This document shows, piece by piece, positions 1 to 8,384 of a stretch of 60,504 nt of DNA. Each line of letters opens with the position of its first letter. The stretch's first letter is position 1. The notes beneath the pieces are model-generated. The model made no database searches, had not been told where the DNA came from, and worked only from the letters and a program-made list of their open reading frames with translations. Position numbers and translations under genes: made by a program. The DNA comes from Bdellovibrionota bacterium (GTDB lineage: Bacteria > Bdellovibrionota > UBA2428): contig CAXNEW010000006.1 in NCBI GenBank assembly GCA_964201665.1, positions 1 through 60,504 on the forward strand, in the 5' to 3' direction.

Positions 1-20
1 GAGAAAGAAATTAGGAGAAT

Positions 21-326
21 ATGGCGACATTAAGTACAAAACTTAGAAACGAAAAACGAAAAGGAATGGCCGCGCGGCAGTACGAAGTTCGTAAAGCTTT
101 GAGGGCAAAAACACTTGATACAAAGGCATCTGACGAAGATAGAACTGCCGCTCAAAATTTGCTTCAAAAACTTTCTCGAAACGGAGCAACAAATCGCGTT
201 CGTTCGAGGTGTGTTGTTACGGGGCGAGGCCGAGGTGTTTATAGAAAATTTGGTCTGTGCCGAAACCAGTTTCGAGATTTAGCTTTAATGGGTCGTATCC
301 CCGGAGTTACCAAAGCAAGTTGGTAG
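21..326 (+). CDS. rpsN: 30S ribosomal protein S14, long (zinc-independent, C-) type
   Basis: 101 aa; C-terminal [23 protein letters not shown]...IPGVTKASW; lacks the full CxxC..CxxC zinc ribbon; AGGAG RBS upstream. Confidence 0.97.
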   Translation: MATLSTKLRNEKRKGMAARQYEVRKALRAKTLDTKASDEDRTAAQNLLQKLSRNGATNRVRSRCVVTGRGRGVYRKFGLCRNQFRDLALMGRIPGVTKASW

Positions 327-377
327 TGATTCAACCTTCATCTGTTTAGTTTTTCATTTTTGAATTGAGGTTTGTTA

Positions 378-2447
378 ATGGATTTTTCTGTTTGGACAAG
401 GGTTGCCCCTCTTTCTGGAGTATTGGCACTCGTTATTGCTGTTATTCTTTTTGTTAGAGTCAAAGCCCTCCCGCCCGGAAATGCCCGAATGATTGAGATT
501 GGTGGTTTCATTCGCGAGGGATCCATGGCCTTTTTGAAGCGAGAATTCCAGATATTGGGGGTCTATAGCGCTGTTGTTTTTGTTTTTCTTTATGCTTTTT
601 TGGGATTGAGTTCTGCGGCATCGTTTTTATTGGGTGCAGTTTTATCGTTAGTCGCTGGGTATTCAGGAATGCAGGCAGCAACCTTGGCCAATATTCGTAC
701 CGCTGAGGCTGCAAGGCAAAAAGGAAGAGGTTCAGCCCTTATGGTTGCCTTTGATGGTGGGGCCGTCATGGGCCTCGCTGTAGCCGGCCTTGGAATTTTA
801 GGCTTGGGTTATTTATTTTGGACTTATTCAGTAGATTCTCAGTTTACACATATCATTCATGGTTTCGGAGTGGGGGCTTCATCGATTGCCCTTTTTGCTC
901 GTATTGGAGGCGGAATTTATACCAAAGCTGCGGATGTTGGAGCGGATTTGGCGGGGAAAGTCATTGCAGGGATTCCTGAAGACGATCCACGCAATCCCGG
1001 TGTTATTGCCGATAACGTTGGCGATAACGTTGGAGATGTTGCGGGTATGGGGGCCGATATTTTTGAGTCTTATGTTGCGGCGAGTGTGGCTGCAATTGCA
1101 ATTGCTGTAACAATGCCCGTGGAGTCGCTAGCGCAAATGGCCTCGAATACTTCAGGTTTGAGCTCAGAGTCTTTGCGGGACTATGCAAAAATTTTGCCTT
1201 TGTTTATTGGCTCATTAGGTCTTTTGGTGAGTTTAGGTGCCATTGGTCTCATTCGGTTTTTTAAAAATGCCTCCCCTGCAAAAGCTCTTCGTTACGCTTT
1301 GCTCGCTCCTCCCTTTGTGTTTCTTGCTCTAAGTTATTTTTTGATTCAGCAAGCGGGATTGAGCTCAACTGTGACCTTTGTGATGGCACTAGGCGCCTTA
1401 GGTGGCGGACTCATTGGTTTAATTACGGATTATTACACCTCAAGTGGGCCTGTTCATAAAATTGCGCTCGCCTCTAAAACTGGGGCGGGGACAAATGTGA
1501 TTCGTGGATTGGCCATTGGGCTTGAAAGCGTGATTGCTCCACTGTTGGTGGTGGCGATGGTAGCCATGTTTAGTTTTAATTCTTTAGGACTCTATGGAAT
1601 TGCAATAGCTGCCGTTTCGATGCTTGCCGTCGCTGCGATGGTGATGACGGTTGATGCCTATGGCCCTATTGCTGATAATGCCGGCGGTATTGCTGAGATG
1701 AGTGAACTTGGAAAAGAAGTTCGTTCAATAACTGATGAGTTAGACGCTGTTGGAAATACTACGGCTGCAATTGGAAAAGGATTTGCAATTGGATCAGCAG
1801 TGCTTACTGTGATTGCTCTTTTTGCTGCCTTTAAAATGGAAATCGATTTTAAACGAATTGAATTGGGGAAAGAAGCGCTTTCTCTTGATCTGACACATGG
1901 CAAAGTTCTTGTGGGCCTAATTTTGGGTGGAATTTTACCTTGTATCGTAGGCGCCAGTACCATGACCGCAGTGGGTAAAGCGGCTTCAAAAATTGTCGTT
2001 GAAATTGGTCGGCAGTTTAAAGAAATTCCGGGTTTGCTTGAAGGTCGGCCGGGCGTAAGGCCTGATGCCGCTCGCTGCGTGGATCTCGCAACTAAAGCTG
2101 CGCTTTCTGAAATGATTTTGCCGGGCCTTGTGGCTGTGGTTTGTCCCCCATTAATTGGCTTTCTGTTGGGTGCCGAGGCCCTTGCGGGTGCACTTGCTGG
2201 CGCCATGATTGTTGGGGCTGTTATGAGTTTGTTTATGGCGAATGCAGGTGGAGCTTGGGATAACGCCAAAAAATTTATTGAAAAAGGCGGCCTACCAGGT
2301 GAGAAAAAAGGTTCTGATGCTCACAAGGCAGCTGTTGTTGGCGATACTGTAGGTGATCCTTTCAAGGACACCTCTGGGCCCGGGATTTCAATTCTAATTA
2401 AAGTTATGAGCGTTGTTTCTTTGATGATTGCTTCTCTTTTGGCTTAG
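378..2447 (+). CDS. hppA: Membrane-bound ion-translocating pyrophosphatase (K+-dependent, probably Na+-pumping)
   Basis: [43 protein letters not shown] and [14 protein letters not shown] motifs; many TM helices; ATG at 378 chosen over the upstream TTG. Confidence 0.96.
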   Translation: MDFSVWTRVAPLSGVLALVIAVILFVRVKALPPGNARMIEIGGFIREGSMAFLKREFQILGVYSAVVFVFLYAFLGLSSAASFLLGAVLSLVAGYSGMQAATLANIRTAEAARQKGRGSALMVAFDGGAVMGLAVAGLGILGLGYLFWTYSVDSQFTHIIHGFGVGASSIALFARIGGGIYTKAADVGADLAGKVIAGIPEDDPRNPGVIADNVGDNVGDVAGMGADIFESYVAASVAAIAIAVTMPVESLAQMASNTSGLSSESLRDYAKILPLFIGSLGLLVSLGAIGLIRFFKNASPAKALRYALLAPPFVFLALSYFLIQQAGLSSTVTFVMALGALGGGLIGLITDYYTSSGPVHKIALASKTGAGTNVIRGLAIGLESVIAPLLVVAMVAMFSFNSLGLYGIAIAAVSMLAVAAMVMTVDAYGPIADNAGGIAEMSELGKEVRSITDELDAVGNTTAAIGKGFAIGSAVLTVIALFAAFKMEIDFKRIELGKEALSLDLTHGKVLVGLILGGILPCIVGASTMTAVGKAASKIVVEIGRQFKEIPGLLEGRPGVRPDAARCVDLATKAALSEMILPGLVAVVCPPLIGFLLGAEALAGALAGAMIVGAVMSLFMANAGGAWDNAKKFIEKGGLPGEKKGSDAHKAAVVGDTVGDPFKDTSGPGISILIKVMSVVSLMIASLLA

Positions 2448-2901
2448 GTGCTTTGAAGGGAAGAGAAAAATCTTCTTTTAGGGGAACTTCGCTGGGTTCC
2501 TTGAGATCCATTTGCAAGGCATGAACGGTTTTGCCCATGAGGTCTCCAACCAGGTTAAAAATCCACTGTTGCCTTTGCTTGAGGCTTAAGCCTGTGAAAA
2601 CCTCGCTTACAACTTTAATCGCGTAGTGGCCGCCTCCATTTTTAATGGCTTCCTTATGTTTTTTATGAGCTTCAGTGAGTGCGCGCAGCGAGAACTGAGT
2701 TGGAGCGAGGGCCCCTCGAATTCGCCTCATAATGTCTGAAGCAACGGAGTCCTTTTCAAAGAGCGAGGGGGCCGGAACAGCTTTTTTTGTAATTTGATAA
2801 ATTTTTTCAGGCTGAACTCGAGTCAGGCTCGGGGAGGGTTTCTTCGCCATTTTTTTTGCAGGCTTCGTTGTTTTATTTTTTTTGGTCTTTGCTGTGGGCA
2901 T
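2404..2901 (-). CDS. BolA-family protein with Lys-rich N- and C-terminal extensions
   Basis: [45 protein letters not shown] matches BolA; ATG at 2901 lies 6 nt after a TATACT -10 box. Confidence 0.85.
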   Translation of the reverse strand: MPTAKTKKNKTTKPAKKMAKKPSPSLTRVQPEKIYQITKKAVPAPSLFEKDSVASDIMRRIRGALAPTQFSLRALTEAHKKHKEAIKNGGGHYAIKVVSEVFTGLSLKQRQQWIFNLVGDLMGKTVHALQMDLKEPSEVPLKEDFSLPFKAPKPKEKQSSKKQRS

Positions 2902-2940
2902 GAGCTCAGTATAAGCCAAAACTCCAAAGATCGTTATCCC

Positions 2941-3231
2941 ATGCCAAGCTTTACCGCCAAAAGATTTATCCTTCAGGGAACTGTCCAGGGGGTGGGCTGT
3001 CGGGCAATCATTCAAGAAATCGTCGAAAACATCGGCCATTTAGCGGGTTTTGTAAGAAACCTGCCAAATGGCACAGTTGAAATTTGTTTAAAGGGCCCGA
3101 GTTGGCGCATGGATGATTTTGAGCGGATTATCCGTACGCAGCTGAGTCCACCGATTAAAATTGAGAGAATCTTAAGTGAAACCCTTCCCGAGGAGTTTAC
3201 GGCAGCAGGGTTTAGGATTTTGAGGGACTGA
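2941..3231 (+). CDS. acyP: Acylphosphatase
   Basis: GTVQGVGCR and GFVRNLPNGTVE signatures; 96 aa from ATG 2941. Confidence 0.9.
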   Translation: MPSFTAKRFILQGTVQGVGCRAIIQEIVENIGHLAGFVRNLPNGTVEICLKGPSWRMDDFERIIRTQLSPPIKIERILSETLPEEFTAAGFRILRD

Positions 3232-3306
3232 TTTTCCTGAGACTTGGTGTTATAAATTTTTTAAGGTCGAGCATGGGCAGTCGGGCAACGAAAAGGGATC
3301 TCAAAA

Positions 3307-3407
3307 GATCGAGCCCAGTGTATAGATCTGTTTGAATCACTACACTTGAGGAAGAACCCGAGCCAGTCCCCTAGAGGACCAAAGCCCTTTCACTCCCCGA
3401 CAAAACG
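3307..3407. repeat. Hairpin-element copy 1 (conserved loop core, non-complementary arms)
   Basis: GAAGAACCCGAGCCAGTCCCCTAGA at 3351-3375 is the exact reverse complement of 5810-5834; GACAAAACG at 3399-3407 is the reverse complement of 12032-12040. Confidence 0.85.
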
Positions 3408-3521
3408 AGCTAACAGGGTTTCCTCTGCATTAAACAAAAATTGTTTACTAGGTGTAGAAAGTTTAGACAGGATCTCTGGTTTAAGTTGTTGAATTAATGA
3501 GTAAAAATTTAAAAATAGAGA

Positions 3522-3537
3522 CGGTACGCCTCTTGCA
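3522..3537 (+). promoter_or_regulatory. Putative sigma54 (-24/-12) promoter of the lipoprotein gene
   Basis: CGGTACG-CCTC-TTGCA; IHF-like TAAGTTGTTGAATT at 3482-3495 and TGT-N11-ACA dyad at 3453-3469 upstream. Confidence 0.6.
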
Positions 3538-3595
3538 TTAAATATCCAAGTACTGGACTCTATTTGTTTTTAAAAAGCTCCAAAGGAGAAAGTAA

Positions 3596-5767
3596 ATGAG
3601 TTTAAATTATACGAAAACTTTCAATGTGTTGGGTGTTGTATTGGCATTGTCCGTTGTGGGATGTTCCAAACGCCCTCAAGCTCCAGTTCCAGTCACTCCT
3701 GCTGAAGATGATCGAGATCGGGTTTCTGTAGATTTGAATATTGGCAAGTATTTGAAGCCAGATTTGTCCCTGGGTGAACAAGAGAAAGTAATTGTTCAGG
3801 AATTATCTGAAGGGAAAAAAATTAGCCATCGTGGGCTTACAGAACTCTTTGTTGCTCGTCATCAAAAAACAAGATCCGAAATTACCGGTGCAGATACCCA
3901 AAGCACCTCAAATTTGGAGACGATCGTGTCTCAGTTGAAGGCAAAGGGTTCAGAATCCCCCGATCAGTTTAAAAAAAGCTTGGAGGAGGTTTTAGCGAGT
4001 GCCTCGGGAAAAAGTCTTGAGAATTTTTCTTATAACCGCGATGCCGTTAATATTTTTGATTATCTCAACGCGGGATTGTTTCAGTGCTATTCGGCGACTT
4101 CTTTATATATGGTTTCACGACGTTCTGTGATTTCGGGAGAAGATTTTCTGAAAGATTCGCCTTTCATAATTTATGAAAGTGGTCATATAAAATCTGGATT
4201 TCGAAATAAAGACGGTCAGGTTGTTGCCCTTGAACATACCGATTTGGGGCCCGCTCGTGAAACATTCACAAGTGAAGCGGAGTTTGAAGAATTCAGGCAG
4301 AGTTGTGATATCCGAGTGGTGGATTCTAATAAGTGGATCTTAAACGAGATTTTTAAAGATTCACTTGATTTAAGTGATGCTGAAAAACGCTTGGCCTATT
4401 TGACCGAAATGTTTGGAGAAAAATACGCCCATTGTTTTGAGGGCCAAAGTCCCATGAGTACAGGCGATGGCTCGGGATCTACAGGACTCAACGGAAGTGA
4501 TTTAGGGTTTGGATCTTCAAATGCCCGTACCGGAAATATTAAGCCTGACTTTAGCGAAGAAAAACTCTTCAAACCGAATCCCGTTAGATTTTCTGGCGGA
4601 GTGTTAGGCTCAGAAAATAATTTGGTTCCAGGTGTTGTTGTAGGGTCTGAGGTTTTTGTTGGAGGGGGTGAAAAACCCAAAGAGCCCGTGGTGATTGATT
4701 CAAAACCTAGCGCTGAAAGTGAAAAACCTTTGGTAAAGAAATTGGAGTTCTATGACCCCCTAACCAAACTCACATGGCTCGATATTCATAGCCCCGAAGC
4801 AGTTAAATCCTTTTATGAAAAGATGAACTCCAAGCCAACCGTTGAGTACGACGGGAAAAAATACCCGGATTATTTTAAAGCAGCCGAAGCTCTTTGTGTA
4901 AGTCTTGGTCTTGAAGCTCCTACCAAAGGAGATTTTTTAATTGCTCTTGGAAATAAAGATAAAGACGTAAATCTGGAGCTTAAAAAAATGCCGGGTATGG
5001 ACGAGGGCTTGTTTTGGACGTCATCGCCAGTGGAAAAGGGCGGTAATTTAATTGCCGCTGAGGAAATTTATCCAATATTGGGGACGATCTTTGTCGTTGA
5101 ACTTGGAAAAGAGGGCTACGCCGATCGTTTCAGCGACGGATTTTCTGTTCGCTGCGTGAGCCGCCCGAAACTGAGCTCCCTAGAACTCAAGGCCGAAATT
5201 CAAAAACTTAAAGGAATTGCGTCCGTAAAAAGTGGGGATGTGATTCTATTCAAGCCTCTCGACTATGAGGAAATCTCTGACAAAGAATTCTTGGCCCGAG
5301 TAAGGCTTCTCAATCAGTTTTTGAAAGTCGCAGATGAGAGGGGCCTTCAAGAAAAAGAAATTGTTGGAGCAAATGTTTACGCAAGTGTTTTCTATGATTT
5401 GAGTTATATCGACTGGTTTGCGAAAAAAATCTTAGGTTCTGAAGGAAATGGTTCCTACAAAAGTCCTGCGGTTGTTTTTTTTGAAAGAGCTCCAGTCGAA
5501 GTTTCACAATACCTTTTTGATAATGGCCGAGGCATGCACACGGGTGGTACCCAATATCTAGGAGCTATTGTTTTTTTAAAAAATGAAATTTGTGCAAAAT
5601 CGGATTTAGATCCTAAGTTTGCCAAGCTCTGCATTGAATTGGCGCAGCATTTGAAGTCGTTATCTTCCGGCGAATGGGGGCCGCGAGGGATCAGTGCGAT
5701 CCATAGCTGGGAAACTGAAAACAAACTTCGCGAGGGTAGGCCCCAGCCCGTACCCAAATGGAAATAA
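3596..5767 (+). CDS. Large lipoprotein: putative transglutaminase-like Cys-His-Glu domain plus DUF1566/Lcl-like lectin-fold domain
   Basis: Lipobox VVGC; QCYSAT..IIYESGHI..ALEHT; YDPLTKLTW..AEALC..FWTSS..FSVRCV; AGGAG RBS. Confidence 0.6.
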   Translation: MSLNYTKTFNVLGVVLALSVVGCSKRPQAPVPVTPAEDDRDRVSVDLNIGKYLKPDLSLGEQEKVIVQELSEGKKISHRGLTELFVARHQKTRSEITGADTQSTSNLETIVSQLKAKGSESPDQFKKSLEEVLASASGKSLENFSYNRDAVNIFDYLNAGLFQCYSATSLYMVSRRSVISGEDFLKDSPFIIYESGHIKSGFRNKDGQVVALEHTDLGPARETFTSEAEFEEFRQSCDIRVVDSNKWILNEIFKDSLDLSDAEKRLAYLTEMFGEKYAHCFEGQSPMSTGDGSGSTGLNGSDLGFGSSNARTGNIKPDFSEEKLFKPNPVRFSGGVLGSENNLVPGVVVGSEVFVGGGEKPKEPVVIDSKPSAESEKPLVKKLEFYDPLTKLTWLDIHSPEAVKSFYEKMNSKPTVEYDGKKYPDYFKAAEALCVSLGLEAPTKGDFLIALGNKDKDVNLELKKMPGMDEGLFWTSSPVEKGGNLIAAEEIYPILGTIFVVELGKEGYADRFSDGFSVRCVSRPKLSSLELKAEIQKLKGIASVKSGDVILFKPLDYEEISDKEFLARVRLLNQFLKVADERGLQEKEIVGANVYASVFYDLSYIDWFAKKILGSEGNGSYKSPAVVFFERAPVEVSQYLFDNGRGMHTGGTQYLGAIVFLKNEICAKSDLDPKFAKLCIELAQHLKSLSSGEWGPRGISAIHSWETENKLREGRPQPVPKWK

Positions 5768-5783
5768 CGAAAAAATACGTATT

Positions 5784-5867
5784 GTCGAGAAACCAACAGG
5801 TATTGAGCTTCTAGGGGACTGGCTCGGGTTCTTCCCCTAGAAGCTCAATACCTGTTGGTTTCTCGAC
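5784..5867. repeat. Hairpin-element copy 2: perfect 35-bp inverted repeat, 14-nt loop CTGGCTCGGGTTCT
   Basis: Arms 5784-5818 and 5833-5867 are exact reverse complements. Confidence 0.95.
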
Positions 5868-5893
5868 TGTCCAAGCTCGACCCATCAACTTCT

Positions 5894-5935
5894 CTAAAGA
5901 TCCCATTCCCAGGCGATGCGGGGGCCGAAGCTGAC
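5894..5935 (-). pseudogene. Duplicated 3' end (VSFGPRIAWEWDL*) of gene 6732-8384; att-like remnant
   Basis: 42-bp direct repeat of 6732-6773 with 6 mismatches, all synonymous third-codon positions. Confidence 0.92.
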
Positions 5936-5995
5936 ATTTAGTAATTTGCTTTGGCCCCTCTTAGGGGATGGCTTTTACAGTACGAGAAATAGGTC

Positions 5996-6024
5996 TTGAA
6001 AAGGGTCTCAATATAGGTCATAAT
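5996..6024 (+). promoter_or_regulatory. sigma70-type leaderless promoter of the TA operon with repeated operator-like boxes
   Basis: TTGAAA-17 bp-CATAAT, 7 nt before ATG 6032; ATAGGTC repeated at 5989-5995 and 6013-6019. Confidence 0.65.
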
Positions 6025-6031
6025 TTAGTCC

Positions 6032-6271
6032 ATGAAAAATCTGAAAATTTCTGAGCTTAAAGCTGGCCTTTCTAAGGCTCTGGAAAGGGTTGAGGCGGGA
6101 GAAGAAATTCTTGTGACCGATCATAATAGACCCATTGCCAGATTGAGTTCTGTAAAAAAGGTTCCACCCTTACCTAAGGAACCCGTAGTTTGGGACTTTG
6201 AGCGATCTGTCCTAAAGAAGGGGTCTCTGTCTTCGCACGAACTTATTCGGAAAATTCGAGATGAAGAATAA
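6032..6271 (+). CDS. Phd/YefM-family antitoxin
   Basis: KISELKAGLSKALERVEAGEEILVTDHNRPIARL; overlaps the downstream toxin. Confidence 0.92.
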   Translation: MKNLKISELKAGLSKALERVEAGEEILVTDHNRPIARLSSVKKVPPLPKEPVVWDFERSVLKKGSLSSHELIRKIRDEE

Positions 6272-6704
6272 GCACCATTTTTATTGGGATACGTCGGCTT
6301 TGGCTTCAATGCTTTTTGGAGAATCCGATGGAAAAAAGCTCATTTCCTGGGCAAAAAAAAATGAAGGTCTTCCGGGATATACATCTTTTTTTACATGGAT
6401 AGAGCTCGAGTCAGCTCTTCAGAGGCGGGTCAATTTAGGCGAAATTATGATCGAAAATTTGCCAAGTGTTCAGCTTGCAATTGAAACCTTAAGTCAAAAT
6501 TTTGCAATTCTTTGGCCTGATGTTTCGGTAACTGCAGAAGCAAAAAGCCAAGTTGCAAAGATGGGTCTTAGGCCTGGTGACGCCCTTCAGCTTGGAAGTG
6601 CCCTACTTGCAAATCGAGAAGTTGGAAATGTGGCTTTTATATGTCTTGATAAAAAACTTTCGCAAGCCGCTGCTGCAAATGGCCTCAGGTGCCCTGAATT
6701 TTAA
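6261..6704 (+). CDS. vapC: VapC-like PIN-domain toxin
   Basis: YWDTSAL, ELESAL, LRPGDALQLGSAL and FICLDKKLSQAA PIN motifs. Confidence 0.9.
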   Translation: MKNKHHFYWDTSALASMLFGESDGKKLISWAKKNEGLPGYTSFFTWIELESALQRRVNLGEIMIENLPSVQLAIETLSQNFAILWPDVSVTAEAKSQVAKMGLRPGDALQLGSALLANREVGNVAFICLDKKLSQAAAANGLRCPEF

Positions 6705-6731
6705 TCATGCACAAGGCGGACTTGTAGGCTG

Positions 6732-8384
6732 CTAAAGATCCCACTCCCATGCGATGCGTGGTCCAAAGCTTACCTGAGTGAAAACCGTTCGGCGGCCTCG
6801 GCTTGTGAGGCCATTGTGGAGGGCTTCGCCCTCGCTGTGGGAGAGTCTTTCGGCTTTGAAGTTGGCGCCGATAAGAAAGCGATGGACGTCTCCAATTTTT
6901 CTCCGCACAAAAAGATCTAAATCTATGTTGTATGGAAAAAAATAATAAGGGCGGCCCCGACCAAAGTAGTCACCCTTATCCATAAAAAGTGGAAAATAAA
7001 GATAAAGCGCCGAGGATAGATCATACTTGGCTTTCCAGCCTCCCCATCTGATTTCTCCGCCTGCAACTAAACTCACAAGACCATAGTCAATAATATCCAT
7101 TGAGTAAGGTTCGACAGAATTTTTTGGACGGGCCTGTTCTAGACGCCGATAGGAGAGCAAACCCTTGAGCAAAATGGGTAGAGTGCCACCCCAGGGTTCC
7201 CATTTGTAGGTGGGACCCAGGTCAAGCTGTCGATGCACAATTGCAAAAGGCTGATGGGTCGTACCATAAAGAGAGTTTGAGTTATCAAATTTGAATCTAT
7301 CGTACCTAAATAAAATTTCACTACCCCAAGGATTCCAGATTTGACTTTGAACTCGACTGCCGACTGAGAAGGCCCCGATGGGATCTAGAAGTCCCTGATT
7401 TGTAATTTTTTCAAAGCCTGTCATTTGGTCGTTAGAAAGAGACCTCGTTCCCCATGTGGGACCACCAGAAATAAAGCGCCAGGTTGTTCCAATGTATTGC
7501 GAGTGAAAACCCATGGGATCTTGCTCGACTAAAATAGTTACGCTTTCTTGGGAGAGCTGTTTTTCGTCAATATAATCTTTAACCGTAATTTGATAGCGGC
7601 CGGGAGGCAGAGGAGGTAACCAACTTTCAGTTTCACCAGAAACTTCAAGGTGCGTTATGCGTCCGGCGGGCGAGGGTTCAATGCGATAGATATGTATTTG
7701 TGATTCTTCACCGGGGACCGTTCGAATCCACCTCAGTTTGTGGGGCTCAAATGCTGTTAAAATATCTCGCTCCACGGGAAACAAAATTCGAGGATTGCTT
7801 GAGGGTTTAATTCGAATTTGAAACTGAGAGATTGCGGAATCTGAAATAACTGAGCCAAGGGCTCGCGCCGAAATTTTTACTTTCCAGTTACCCTCAATGT
7901 TTTGTGGTAACTGAAACCTGGTTAAGTTCACGATTTTGACTTCAAAATTCTTTTCCCCCGGCTTTTGAACTTCAACCTGGTAGTCTTCTGCGCCCTTGAC
8001 TCCCTTCCATTCCACAACAATCGGAATGGATAGTGATGAGATTTCAATTGTTTCGTCTTGTTTTGGCGAACGAAGCTCGGGACTTTGAGATTTAACGAGT
8101 TTTTTAACTGCCGGAGACCAAGCACCAGCCAATCCCCCCTTGTCGAGAGGCCGTACTCTAAAAAAATAAAGGCCCGCTGGAATTTGGCTATTGAAAATAG
8201 GATTTTGACTTTCTCCCTGACGGATTAAAGTGTCTGGTTTAAAACTGCCGTCAGTAGAGAGTTCGAATTCGTAAGCTTGGGCTCCGGGAATAGGGTTCCA
8301 GCGAATCTCGAGTTCGTCGGCCCAAGCAAAACTTGAAAAGCTGAGTCCTAATGTAAACACCAAACTCAAAAAAAATTTAAACAT
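6732..8384 (-). CDS. Secreted/outer-membrane protein: tandem Fn3-like domains plus C-terminal beta-barrel-like region
   Basis: Signal peptide; WNPIPGAQAYEFELS..YFFRVR..WS Fn3 pattern; alternating aromatic strands ending IAWEWDL. Confidence 0.65.
   Translation of the reverse strand: MFKFFLSLVFTLGLSFSSFAWADELEIRWNPIPGAQAYEFELSTDGSFKPDTLIRQGESQNPIFNSQIPAGLYFFRVRPLDKGGLAGAWSPAVKKLVKSQSPELRSPKQDETIEISSLSIPIVVEWKGVKGAEDYQVEVQKPGEKNFEVKIVNLTRFQLPQNIEGNWKVKISARALGSVISDSAISQFQIRIKPSSNPRILFPVERDILTAFEPHKLRWIRTVPGEESQIHIYRIEPSPAGRITHLEVSGETESWLPPLPPGRYQITVKDYIDEKQLSQESVTILVEQDPMGFHSQYIGTTWRFISGGPTWGTRSLSNDQMTGFEKITNQGLLDPIGAFSVGSRVQSQIWNPWGSEILFRYDRFKFDNSNSLYGTTHQPFAIVHRQLDLGPTYKWEPWGGTLPILLKGLLSYRRLEQARPKNSVEPYSMDIIDYGLVSLVAGGEIRWGGWKAKYDLSSALYLYFPLFMDKGDYFGRGRPYYFFPYNIDLDLFVRRKIGDVHRFLIGANFKAERLSHSEGEALHNGLTSRGRRTVFTQVSFGPRIAWEWDL

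Noticed and set aside
1658-2269. Long antisense and alternate-frame ORFs (e.g. 1658-2269, 11224-11646, 15582-15983, 21835-22194, 55799-56110)
   Set aside because: They shadow well-supported genes and have no recognisable motifs.
4740-5165. DUF1566-like domain as a diversity-generating retroelement target
   Set aside because: No reverse transcriptase and no template repeat seen in the window; the domain is internal.
5784-5867. Hairpins as integron attC sites
   Set aside because: No RYYYAAC/GTTRRRY ends, no extrahelical bases, inverted rather than direct orientation, and no intI.
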